From Candidatus Nomurabacteria bacterium (lineage in GTDB: Bacteria; Patescibacteriota; Patescibacteriia; HK-STAS-PATE-3), in assembly GCA_023898465.1 (NCBI GenBank), contig CP060223.1:448001-512000 (forward strand): a DNA stretch of 64,000 bases. The letters run 5' to 3'. The number at the start of each line of letters is the position of its first letter. Positions within the stretch are counted from its first letter, which is position 1. Positions 47,048-56,316 of this stretch are shown here, one piece after another. The notes under the pieces were generated by a model. The model saw only the letters and a list, made by a program, of their open reading frames with translations. It was not told the DNA's origin and ran no database searches. The translations under genes were made by a program, and so were the position numbers.

Positions 47048-48673
47048 TTATGCGCTAAAAGCCTGCAAGACCTTGTCCCAAGTGCTATCACCAGTCGAAA
47101 CCTCTGAGCGACTAGGGGCCGCTTTTGCAGGGGCCACGCGATCACTCGTATCAAGACTCACATCATCCAAGCGTTGAGGAATATCATCAGCCCGCGTGTA
47201 CTCTACTCGCTCAACCACCCCTTCAATTTTTAAGTCCTCGCCAGTCAATTCACGAAGTGCTTCAAGAAGCACTGCCCTATTTTTATGCTCAAGCAGCTGG
47301 TCACGATGAAATGGATAAGCTGCTGAAATAGTAAAAACCCCCTCCTCTTTGGCTTTTGGACGACACACTTTTAATACCACGGCCAAGCTATGTGAACTTT
47401 CGCTCACCTTTAACACTAATGACTCCCAGAGCTTTTGTACCCCCACGTCAGCAGGTAAAGAGGCTTTTACGGGTTTTTCTTTTTTTGCCTTAGGAGCTGG
47501 CGCTTCGGTTTTTTCCTCTACTTGAGGGATTTCCTCGGTGGGAGCACTAGGGGTTGAAGGAGGCTCAGGTGGGCTTGGCGGATCTTCAGGTGGACGACTT
47601 ATTGTCTCCCCTCCCTGGGATTGTTCAAGTATAAAAAGCTCTATTGGAAGCTCTGGCACTTGTACATCACGAAGCATGCCTTCCAGCTCCAATAATCCAC
47701 GCAACCAACTAGACAACATGCCTGGTCGTAATTTGGTTGAGAGTTCGGCTATATCACCTTTCTTTGCCTGTTTTTCCGCTGCTGTTTGGATTAAATCTTG
47801 CACCACGCCCAACATATCGAGATAGAACTGCTCAACGCGACTACCCGCCGCTAAGGCCTCACGCAATTCATTCCGTGCTTGCAGTGGATCCGCTTCAGTG
47901 ATTGCGGTAAAAACCTTAATAGCCCGCTCGCGGTCACGTCGAGGCAAAACCATTGCCGCAACCTCTTCAGTTATTTCCTTTTCTTCGAGGGAGAGAAGCT
48001 GACTTAAAAGACTCTCTGCATCGCGAATTGAACCGTCTGCTAAGTGAGCTACCTGCTCTAAGACTGAATCAACAACTTTTACCTTTTCCTTCTTACATAA
48101 ATCCTGCAGTCGATCGAGTAAATCTTCTGCCTCTAGACGGCGAAAATCAAAACGCTGACAACGTGAAATAATAGTTTCCGGAACCCGTTCAATGTCAGTT
48201 GTTGCAAAAATAAATACCACAAACTCAGGTGGCTCTTCAATTATCTTAAGTAGTGCGTTAAATGCTGAGGTCGACAGCATATGCACCTCATCGATAATAA
48301 ACACTTTATACGGAAAAACACTCGGACGAGTGCGTGCGTTTGGAATGATGTTCTCGCGCACATTATCTACCTGGGTATGAGAGGCCGCGTCCATTTCAAT
48401 GACATCCATTGCGCGATTCTCACGAAAGGCCTGACAATTTGCACACTTGGTACACGGCTCAGCTCCTTGGCGCTGTGCACAATTGATCGCCTTTGCAAAA
48501 ATGCGAGCAGTGGTTGTTTTACCAACCCCTCTCGGACCAGTGAACATATAGGCATGGCCAATACGGTCGCTGATGATCTCCCGCTCCAAAGGCAAACGAA
48601 TATGCTTTTGGTTCACTAAATCAGCAAAAGTCTGCGGTCGGTAGGTACGTGATAATGAGGTAGTTCCAGCCAT
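47048..48673 (-). CDS. dnaX: DNA polymerase III subunit gamma/tau
   Basis: YRPQTFADLVNQKHI...HAYMFTGPRGVGKTTTARIFAKAINC...CTKCANCQ (zinc module), FIIDEVHMLS, SRCQRFDF and a proline-rich linker. Confidence 0.9.
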   Translation of the reverse strand: MAGTTSLSRTYRPQTFADLVNQKHIRLPLEREIISDRIGHAYMFTGPRGVGKTTTARIFAKAINCAQRQGAEPCTKCANCQAFRENRAMDVIEMDAASHTQVDNVRENIIPNARTRPSVFPYKVFIIDEVHMLSTSAFNALLKIIEEPPEFVVFIFATTDIERVPETIISRCQRFDFRRLEAEDLLDRLQDLCKKEKVKVVDSVLEQVAHLADGSIRDAESLLSQLLSLEEKEITEEVAAMVLPRRDRERAIKVFTAITEADPLQARNELREALAAGSRVEQFYLDMLGVVQDLIQTAAEKQAKKGDIAELSTKLRPGMLSSWLRGLLELEGMLRDVQVPELPIELFILEQSQGGETISRPPEDPPSPPEPPSTPSAPTEEIPQVEEKTEAPAPKAKKEKPVKASLPADVGVQKLWESLVLKVSESSHSLAVVLKVCRPKAKEEGVFTISAAYPFHRDQLLEHKNRAVLLEALRELTGEDLKIEGVVERVEYTRADDIPQRLDDVSLDTSDRVAPAKAAPSRSEVSTGDSTWDKVLQAFSA

Positions 48674-48742
48674 ACGATATGCAAAAGCTCACCCATTTTA
48701 GCGAAGGTGAAGTGTTTTGACAACGGAGCAGTGCTTTTGGCT

Positions 48743-49363
48743 CTAGACTGGGGAGTCTAGATCGTCTTCTGCCACTTCAGTCGGAAATTCTTCGAGTGGT
48801 GCTACTGGAGTACCGTCGGACTTTTTGATGATATTTTCCACAGCTGCCCACTGGCTATCCTTTTCTTTTGGCACCAAAATAACGATCTCATCGCCTACCT
48901 CGCCTTTAAAATACGTCACACTGGCCAAAAGCACTTTATATGCTCGATTGGCAGCCGCAACCTCGAATTCGCCACTGGTTTCATCGCGCAATAATTGACC
49001 AATGAGTCGTTGTCGCTCAGTTGGGCCAATCTGCTTATACACAAACGAACCATCGGTCATAATAGTGAGTTTAAGGCGATCGCCTTCAACTAGCTTGGAT
49101 TTTGAGGCATAGTTTGCCGGCACCGAGTACTGCTTGCCATCAGGTCCCAGCATATTTTGACCGTCAAAGAGGCCTTCAACTACTTTGGCGCCGTTTTCAA
49201 CAGTCATTTTACCGTTTTGACGAGCCTGAGCTAAGAGGTCGGTATTTGCGCCAACTGCCTCTGTGCCATCATCCTCAAGCATGGCCTTGGCTCTCGCTAG
49301 GCTCTGCTCGGCACTTTCAATCAATTGACGTATGATTTTTGCGTTATTTCCGTTACTCATTTT
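48743..49363 (-). CDS. Hypothetical protein
   Basis: 206-aa ORF from the internal ATG (MSNGNNAKIIRQ); the track ORF starts at TTG 49411. No recognisable motifs. Confidence 0.4.
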   Translation of the reverse strand, partial: KMSNGNNAKIIRQLIESAEQSLARAKAMLEDDGTEAVGANTDLLAQARQNGKMTVENGAKVVEGLFDGQNMLGPDGKQYSVPANYASKSKLVEGDRLKLTIMTDGSFVYKQIGPTERQRLIGQLLRDETSGEFEVAAANRAYKVLLASVTYFKGEVGDEIVILVPKEKDSQWAAVENIIKKSDGTPVAPLEEFPTEVAEDDLDSPV

Positions 49364-49407
49364 GGCTTTCTTTGTGGAAACAGCATAGCAGCCTTTCCCC
49401 CCTGTCG

Positions 49408-49944
49408 TCAACGTATATAGAGGTAGACTGTCCCGCTCTTTGGATCAGGTTTATCAGCCTTTTTTGGAGAAATATTGGGGAAAGGAAAAGCATAGCTTAC
49501 TAAGCGACTTCCCGGTTTTGCCTCGGCTAACCACTTCTTTTCAAGCTTAGCCATGGCTTTTGGAGTAAGAAAACAGGCAATTAGATCGGCTTGATCAAGC
49601 TTCTGATGAAAAAAATCTCGGAAATGCATTTTTGCCTGTGATCGAGCTAAACCGCGCAAACGCCATAACGAGGCAAGGTAAGGAAGAAGCGAAATCTCAA
49701 AACCCTCCGCCCGAGCCTGATATTGCTTTACCGCATGAAGCAAAAAGCGGCCGTCACCGGCTCCCAGGTCCATGACAAGCTCGCCTGGCTGGACATTGCT
49801 TAACTGAAACATCCGCTCAACATCACGTTGACGAGTAGGAAGCCAAGGCGCTGCCCGCAAGCCAGCGAAAGCAGCGCTACCAAGAAATAAAATAAGAAAG
49901 ACAAAGAAGATGAAAATTGGCGATGTGGAAGCGAGGCTTACCAT
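49408..49944 (-). CDS. Class I SAM-dependent methyltransferase with N-terminal TM helix
   Basis: PIFIFFVFLILFLGSAAFA helix, then VMDLGAGDGRFLL (motif I). Confidence 0.55.
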   Translation of the reverse strand: MVSLASTSPIFIFFVFLILFLGSAAFAGLRAAPWLPTRQRDVERMFQLSNVQPGELVMDLGAGDGRFLLHAVKQYQARAEGFEISLLPYLASLWRLRGLARSQAKMHFRDFFHQKLDQADLIACFLTPKAMAKLEKKWLAEAKPGSRLVSYAFPFPNISPKKADKPDPKSGTVYLYIR

Positions 49945-49955
49945 ATTAAGGCGAC

Positions 49956-52581
49956 CTATGCTTTACCATTAGCGAACCTTGGCCAAGGCCAAAGAGCACT
50001 ATGATACAAGTAATAAATCCCGTTGCGATAAGCGCAAAACCCACAGTAGACCCGCTCAAAATAAATACTCCATACCAAAGTGGGCTGACGAGACAATTCA
50101 CGGACCTGCTGTGCTGCTAATTCGGGGTTTGATGCGGTCGGCGGCAATGACTGCATATTAAAAGCACGAGCCGCAGTATTCTGTATCAAAAGCTTCACAT
50201 ACGCATTATAGCGCTCAATGTTAATCACATCATACTCATTAAAGACCGGTGAAAACTGTCGAGCAAAAACTTCTGCATCTTCCGCCCACCCGGAAAGCCA
50301 ACAAAGTCCCAACTGTACCCAAGACCGCGTCTCGCATGGTCGACTTACCGTCTTCAATAAGCTGACCTAGATATTGATGCGCAAGTGTTAAGCAGAGTCG
50401 ATACTTACGCGCTTCGGAAAGAATAGTTGCAATTGATGGCGTAATAAAATTTTGAAATTCATCAATGTACAGGTAAAAATCTTTGCGCTCTGTTTCAGGC
50501 AAAGCCGCCCGTGACATTGCGGCCATTTGAAGCTTGGTTACCAGGATAAGCCCAAGCAGATTAGAGTTCACTTCACCGGTCCGTCCCTTGGAGAGGTTCA
50601 CCAAGAGTATTTTTTGTTCATCCATTATTTTCCTAAAGTCAAACCCGGAGTGCGGTTGACCAATGATGTTGCGCATCATGCGGTTTTCTACAAAGCGACC
50701 GACTTTAGAAATAAGATAGCCAAGCATTTCGGACTTGTGGAAGTCTGAAGTCTGTGCCATTTCCTTTTCCCAAAAAGCCCGAACAACCGGATCTTGCACC
50801 TTACTCAACTTATATCGCTGGAAAGTCTTGTCAGTAAACATGCGTGGAATATCAACAATCGTTCCTGGTGCCTCGCGATCAGCCGCTAAAGTAAGCATAA
50901 CGTTACGCATATTATGCTCAAACATCGGGCCAATCATTTCTGGCGGGAAAAGCTTGTAGAAAATGGCAATCATTTCTTGTATAGCAAAGTCGATTTGCTC
51001 TTCTCCCTCAGCATCAAGCATATTCAAGCCAATGGGACGCTCAGTATCAGCCGGCTCAAACAATACCACATCCTTCATGCGTTCTTCTGGTATCGAGCCC
51101 AGTAAATGCTCAACTAAATCACCATGCGGATCAATCACGCAGACACCTTCACCGTTGCGAATATCCTGCTTGGCCATTTCCTGCATTTCAACCGATTTAC
51201 CTGTGCCGGTAATACCAATGATATAGGCATGACGGCGACGATCTTCTCGCGAAATACGTATGGGCGTGCGAGCGCCCCGATAGATATTTGTACCAAGTAA
51301 GAGACCTTCCTGTGGCACATTGACCGGTGGTGGCGCCTTACGAGCACCCAACCAAAGAATATTTGGAGTCTCAATCGTGGCTGAGGGCAGGTGATAAAGA
51401 CTGGCCAATTCCTCAGTATTTAACACATAGCGACGGCCCTCATTAAAACTACGATAAACAAAGTCCCGCACAAAACGAGTTTTAGAAAGGAGGGAGCGTT
51501 GTCGAAATCCATTACCTGATTCTGGTGAGGTGTATTGGGAAAAGGCATTCACCACGGCCTGATGAATCATGCGTGCTCGCGCTAGGGTTTGGGAGGCGGC
51601 AATGACACGTATATTCACATGAAAACCTGATTTAGAAGACTTTACCCCAATAGCCTCCACCTTACTCTGCTCAGCCGGCGTCATTTGATATGGAGTCATT
51701 TCCCGTTCCATCCGCTGCCGTCGATCAGCTTCACTTGTACCAGAGACGCTTGATTGCAAAGTACGGAAAGTGGCGCCCAGCACTGACATAGCACCTGAAT
51801 TACCTTGCCCAACCGGCTTACCATCCTGAATACGTCTGGCAATAGCATGTCCGCTCTTTTGCCAGCTCGTACCTGCCGGACGCAAGACCATTTGAATTGC
51901 CGCGCCTTCATTAGGGTCCAGCTTTGACATCACATTAGTTAATGCGTTCAGTGGATCAGACTCAAGTGTACGGTAGCTGCGTATTGGATAGGCGGAAGCT
52001 TTTGCGAGCGTCAAATAACTTCCCGCCACATAACCCTGCGGAGGGAAAATATTATAGTCAGGCACTTCCTCAATATGCGCCATGGGATATTGCGCTTGTA
52101 CTTGTGATTCGAGGAGCTGCTGCAAGTGTCTCGGTACGGCCATGTAAAACTTTATCAATCCCTTTTGCGCAACAATTTCAAACGCGAGATGATCGGTTCG
52201 GCCATAGAGAAAATTATACCAAGCGTTCGTAAGAATATTTGCGTGCTGTTCAGCCTTGATGCCAGCTAGGTTGGCATAGAGCGTTTCTGCCACGGAGAGG
52301 AGTTCGCGCGGATCACTTGGTTGATGTTCATCTTGCGCCGCCTCTTTAGGCACTGTTACGAGCAGTACTACATGCTCCAAAGCAACTGGCACACGATGCT
52401 TTGCTCGCACATACCAGCGAATTAACCAGAGGGCTAATACAACAACCAGCCCAAAAAGCACTATTGGCCATACTACTTGCACTATAGGTTGCTCAAAAAA
52501 ACTCTGGCTAATATCTTCAACCGAGGGGGTGGCTAAACTTCCACCTGGCCCGCCTATTTGTAATAATGCACCAAAAATCAT
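49956..52581 (-). pseudogene. FtsK/HerA-superfamily type IV secretion ATPase (VirB4/TraC- or VirD4/TraD-like) with N-terminal TM helix; C-terminal frameshift
   Basis: The 780-aa frame carries Walker A IIGITGTGKSVEM at ~aa 445, Walker B LYIDEFQNF, and ARKYRLCLTLAHQYLGQL. That frame ends in junk (RVGGRCRSFCSTVFTGL). The conserved continuation AEDAEVFARQFSPVFNEYDVINIERYNAYVKLL is in the overlapping 49956-50357 frame, with the switch at a gggtgggcgg run near 50310. Confidence 0.6.
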
Positions 52582-53099
52582 AAATCCTTTTCTGGATGAC
52601 GTAAGCGCAAAATCTTATCTGTCTTAATTTTTGCTTCTTGCTCGAGATAATATTGACTCACGCCCGGGATAAATCGTAGCCAACGTAAAATAACCTTCGT
52701 TATGGCCTGTACCTTTACTTTTACCGCACTCAGCAATTCGGTAACCTTTTGAGCGGTTTTTTCTCCTTCTTGTTTGAAGCGCTGCTGCTGCTCAGGACTC
52801 ATCCCGCGAAAAACCTCTTGCAGATTTTCCTCCAAAATAGCCTCTACCTGCTGCGCTGGCGTACCATAAGGGAGGGCCGGCTCTATTTGACTGGTCTTAG
52901 TCTGCGGTTGAGCAATTCGTCGTCGAGATTCCGTATCAGAATGTATTTTTTCCTGCTCGTGTTGCGACTCACTTTCAAGAACCCTTTCAGGCTGCGGAGC
53001 CTGTTCAATCCCAAATTCAGGAGCTATCGCCTCGGGCTTTGCACGCTCTGGCGAAAAAGCCGGTGGTGCTTCTTGATGTTCCTTTGTTTGATCAGCCAC
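52578..53099 (-). CDS. Hypothetical acidic/Gln-rich protein coupled to the T4SS-type ATPase
   Basis: 173 aa with 4-nt overlap to the downstream ATPase. No TM helix and no known motif. Confidence 0.4.
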   Translation of the reverse strand: MADQTKEHQEAPPAFSPERAKPEAIAPEFGIEQAPQPERVLESESQHEQEKIHSDTESRRRIAQPQTKTSQIEPALPYGTPAQQVEAILEENLQEVFRGMSPEQQQRFKQEGEKTAQKVTELLSAVKVKVQAITKVILRWLRFIPGVSQYYLEQEAKIKTDKILRLRHPEKDL

Positions 53100-53272
53100 G
53101 TGTGTTCCCCTATACCCCTTAAAACAAATGAAAGTATAACATTTTCATCTTGCTTTCTCAACTTGAAGAAAAAAGAAAAGCCCCGCTCCAATTTGTTCGG
53201 AAGACTCCTCGGGATGAGAAGTGCTCGGAACAAACCAGAGCGGAGCAGATAAGGCCTTACCCAATCAACGGC

Positions 53273-53458
53273 TTAGTATGCACCCATGTACACACTTGCA
53301 CCGACAGCCCATAAAAAGCTGAAAAGAATGAGTAGGGCAGAAAGTGTGACACCTTCCATAACTTCAACCAGGACATGTGGCTGTGCTTTAGCTTGGGCAG
53401 CAGCTGGCTGGTCAGTAGTTGAAGCTACCGGTGTGGTATTCATTTGTGATGGTTCCAT
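53273..53458 (-). CDS. Small hydrophobic protein (pilin/VirB2-sized)
   Basis: 61 aa with a single C-terminal TM helix (VTLSALLILFSFLWAVGASVYMGAY). Placement upstream of the T4SS-type ATPase is suggestive only. Confidence 0.3.
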   Translation of the reverse strand: MEPSQMNTTPVASTTDQPAAAQAKAQPHVLVEVMEGVTLSALLILFSFLWAVGASVYMGAY

Positions 53459-53528
53459 TTTTCTTTTTCCTTTTTGCTCCGTTGTACTGAACGGAGATAA
53501 TTTTTTTTAAACCGACTCCCTTCGACCT

Positions 53529-54530
53529 TTATACGGGAACTTGGTTTCGAGATGATGAGGTGGGAAGTGTTGGCGCAATCTTAGGAGCATGCGCTTGCAG
53601 CTCTTCTTCCAGTCGGTTGTCCTTTTCCCACTCTTGGACAACGGTCAGAATATCAGATTCGATAACTGTTGGTACTTTGCCGTCTTGATTGTTCAGTGAC
53701 TCGAGTTTTACTTTGGCAGCCGCTTCATCAATCACATCAATTGCTTTATCCGGGAAATGACGGTTGCTTAATTTTTGATTAGAAAGTTGCACCGCATAAT
53801 TTAATGCCTCGTCGGTAATACGTACACCATGGTGCTTTTCATATCGCGAACGTAATCCATACAAAATTTTTAAAGTCATGTCGGCACTTGGCTCTTCAAT
53901 GGCAACCGGCTGGAAGCGTCGCTCTAGAGTACTGTCACGTGAAATATAATTTGTATACTCTTCAGGGGTAGAAGCGCCAATGACTTGTAACTCACCGCGT
54001 GCTAGAGCCGGCTTCAGAATATCGGCTGCATCAATTGCACCAGATGCCTCACCTGCCTCGGCTAAGGTATGAATCTCGTCGATGAACAAAATGATTGTTC
54101 GGTTCGCATGAATGATTTCATCGCGTAAAGTTTTTAAGCGCTTCTCAAATTCACCGCGATATTTTGTGCCAGCAACCAAGCCAGCTAAGTCGAGAGCTAG
54201 CACGCGTTTCCCTTTCAAAGTTTCGGGAACTTTTCCGTTGGCAATTTCGCTGGCTAACTCCTCAACTATAGCCGTCTTACCAACTCCTGAGTAACCGATC
54301 AACACGGGATTATTTTTTGTACGGCGTGAGAGAATTTGAATAAGTCGATGAATCTCATGACTGCGACCAATCACTGGATCTAATTTCCCTTGGCGTGCAA
54401 GGTGGGTTAAATCATTTGCGTATAAACCTAAAGTCGAGACATGATGGCCGCCATCCCTCTGTCCCTTAACGTAATAAAAAATTACCAGCAGTCCAATCAA
54501 CCCAATTCCGAGTGGTACAAATATTTCCAT
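53529..54530 (-). CDS. Membrane-anchored AAA+ ATPase consisting only of a Clp/Hsp100 D1 module
   Basis: N-terminal TM ([21 protein letters not shown]), then [66 protein letters not shown] and [18 protein letters not shown], collinear with ClpB/ClpA D1. No N-domain, M-domain or D2. Confidence 0.7.
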   Translation of the reverse strand: MEIFVPLGIGLIGLLVIFYYVKGQRDGGHHVSTLGLYANDLTHLARQGKLDPVIGRSHEIHRLIQILSRRTKNNPVLIGYSGVGKTAIVEELASEIANGKVPETLKGKRVLALDLAGLVAGTKYRGEFEKRLKTLRDEIIHANRTIILFIDEIHTLAEAGEASGAIDAADILKPALARGELQVIGASTPEEYTNYISRDSTLERRFQPVAIEEPSADMTLKILYGLRSRYEKHHGVRITDEALNYAVQLSNQKLSNRHFPDKAIDVIDEAAAKVKLESLNNQDGKVPTVIESDILTVVQEWEKDNRLEEELQAHAPKIAPTLPTSSSRNQVPV

Positions 54531-54578
54531 AACCTTTTTTGTTTTTCTTTTGCTTACAGCGCTTAACGCTGTACGTTT

Positions 54579-54842
54579 TTATTCTTCTGAGGTAACAAAG
54601 ACTTGATCTACGCCGAGCACTTCGCCATTGCGATATGTTTTTGTCGCGCTAGCGGTCGGGATAGTGTCTTGCTTCCCGCCTGTCCAAGTGTAGATGGCGG
54701 AAAAAAGAACTGAGCCAAGTACGATAACACCCACTGACACAACATAGAGCAGGGCTATTTTTTGACTTGTGCTTACTTGTGTAGTGGTTTGTACTGGGAT
54801 TGTTTTTTTATTTGGCATAAGGCCTCCTGGTTTGAAAAACAA
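54579..54842 (-). CDS. Small hypothetical membrane-anchored protein
   Basis: 87 aa (or 79 aa from MPNKK) with one TM helix (IALLYVVSVGVIVLGSVLFSAIY). Confidence 0.3.
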   Translation of the reverse strand: MFFKPGGLMPNKKTIPVQTTTQVSTSQKIALLYVVSVGVIVLGSVLFSAIYTWTGGKQDTIPTASATKTYRNGEVLGVDQVFVTSEE

Positions 54843-55183
54843 AGACCATATTCAGTCTTTGTGTTTCTTTTACATTTACTATTCTAGCACACTTTTTTAC
54901 TTTTTGCAAGCATAAAATAACGCGTCAATTGTTTCGGCAATGTTCAATTTAATATATTACCAAACTCCCTGGACTACCACGTTCAGGGAGAGCGCTTCTT
55001 CCGCGAAGGTGGTACTTCGCGGAATTGTAAAGGTGACTTTATTGCCCCCCCTCCCTTCCCTATTCCATGCACCGTCCAAGATAAATTCTTGGACTACGCG
55101 GTTATTATTTTCTCCTGCGTAGCGCAGGCGAAGAATTCATCTTCGCCATTCAGCATCGCTGGAGTTTATACAAAAACTTCAGG

Positions 55184-55224
55184 CAAAAGAAAGACGCCTG
55201 CACTCAAATGAGTAACAGGCGTCA
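55184..55224 (-). terminator. Rho-independent terminator downstream of lipoprotein gene
   Basis: On the minus strand, gacgcctg (55217-55224 rc) pairs with caggcgtc around a 15-nt loop, followed by UUUCUUUUG (rc of aaaagaaag at 55186-55193). Confidence 0.5.
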
Positions 55225-55263
55225 TGGTGGTGAGTGAGTCGGGAAGATCATACTTCCTCCTCA

Positions 55264-55713
55264 CTACTGTCCGCGAACCGTGAAGTCCGGTCCGCCGTTG
55301 TTGTTGGTGCACACCGCGACGACCCAAGCGTACTTGCCCGTGAAACCGCGGACGGTTTCAACTTCGTAGATGCGCTCAGCCGTGATCGCCGGCACGTTGA
55401 TGGTGAAAGTACGAAACACACGATCACTGATCTGTGACTGATACACTTTGATAGTGTATCGCCCCTCGTTCAGGGTCATAGTCCCGTACTCATTGGGATG
55501 CACGGTCAGTCTTCGCGGCGGAGTACCGTCTTGCTCGTCCGCCGCTGCATGCCGAGTGATCTCGTACGACAAGGTGTAGTTCCAGTCGTTCGAGAAGATG
55601 CCTTCCGAACCTGCGAAATCCGGTCCCGTGAGCGTGAATGCACACCCAGAGAGGAGCGACGCTACGATGCCCAGAAGAGCAACGATAGCGAAGAAACGGT
55701 TGAACACCTGCAT
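55264..55713 (-). CDS. Lipoprotein (GC-rich islet)
   Basis: Signal peptide with lipobox LLSGC (MQVFNRFFAIVALLGIVASLLSGCAF). Local GC is clearly above the flanks. Confidence 0.55.
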   Translation of the reverse strand: MQVFNRFFAIVALLGIVASLLSGCAFTLTGPDFAGSEGIFSNDWNYTLSYEITRHAAADEQDGTPPRRLTVHPNEYGTMTLNEGRYTIKVYQSQISDRVFRTFTINVPAITAERIYEVETVRGFTGKYAWVVAVCTNNNGGPDFTVRGQ

Positions 55714-55719
55714 TGTTCA

Positions 55720-56142
55720 TTACCTCCCAATCACCACGCCAGCAGCGTAGCGATGGTTGTAGTAGCGGAAGCTCCGTCCTTGATATGGGACGAAGAACTT
55801 TCCGTCACGTGTCTTCTTCCCATCGACGTTGAAGGATGTCCAGAGATACTTGCCCTCCGGATACCACTTCACGAAAGTCGGACATGTTCCGTCCAACGTG
55901 AATTGGTCCAGAGGATTCCTGTCAGAATCGTAGACGATCACTCGTTGCGTGAAATCCCGAAGTGGACCAGTGTTGGCGAAGATGACTTCCCCGCCTCCAG
56001 TCGACTCCACCACCTCGTGTCCATGCGCGACAGGGTTGTCGCACACGAAAACTTCGTGACAGAAGCGAGCTGTCGGTCCGCAACCCGTGAGGAGGGTCAC
56101 GCCAGCAGTCAACAACATGATGACAAAGAGCGAGCGGTTCAT
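55720..56142 (-). CDS. Lipoprotein (GC-rich islet)
   Basis: Signal peptide with lipobox LLTGC (MNRSLFVIMLLTAGVTLLTGCG). GC-rich, 6 nt from the previous gene. Confidence 0.55.
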   Translation of the reverse strand: MNRSLFVIMLLTAGVTLLTGCGPTARFCHEVFVCDNPVAHGHEVVESTGGGEVIFANTGPLRDFTQRVIVYDSDRNPLDQFTLDGTCPTFVKWYPEGKYLWTSFNVDGKKTRDGKFFVPYQGRSFRYYNHRYAAGVVIGR

Positions 56143-56243
56143 TTTCCTTTCCTCCGTAGCTAGAGTGCTTCCAATTGTGAACAGAGCATGATAGCATATT
56201 TTCTCTATTTTGTCAAGAGGAGTAATAAATAACCTCCAACCGA

Positions 56244-56267
56244 AAGCTGAAGATGGCCATCTTCAGC
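56244..56267. promoter_or_regulatory. Perfect 24-bp palindrome in the divergent lipoprotein/cysS intergenic region
   Basis: agctgaagatgg (56244-56255) is immediately followed by its exact reverse complement ccatcttcagct (56256-56267), about 50 nt upstream of the cysS ATG. Confidence 0.4.
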
Positions 56268-56316
56268 TGCGAATACTATTGCCCATGCACTCCTCTACTT
56301 GCTACACTTCCCCTAC

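Noticed and set aside
47538-47825. Gly/Ser-rich plus-strand ORF
   Set aside because: It is antisense to the proline-rich linker of dnaX; a compositional artefact.
53470-53510. Hairpin ctccgtt-gtactg-aacggag followed by a T-run (terminator-like on plus strand)
   Set aside because: Orientation fits only a plus-strand transcript, but the local genes are all minus-strand and the only plus ORF (53286-53510) looks spurious. It may be an incidental or bidirectional element, so it is not called.
54531-54578. Hairpin acagcg-cttaa-cgctgt flanked by T-runs between the Clp-like and 87-aa genes
   Set aside because: As for the hairpin above, the U-tail is on the wrong strand for the minus-strand genes; not confidently a terminator.
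55498-56163. 221-aa arginine-rich plus-strand ORF
   Set aside because: It is antisense to two minus-strand genes with clean signal peptide/lipobox N-termini and a downstream terminator. R-rich composition is the usual antisense artefact of GC-rich coding DNA.
56143-56316. T-box riboswitch in the cysS leader
   Set aside because: The leader is only ~170 nt, lacks the conserved T-box sequence, and has no antiterminator/terminator pair. Only the 24-bp palindrome stands out.
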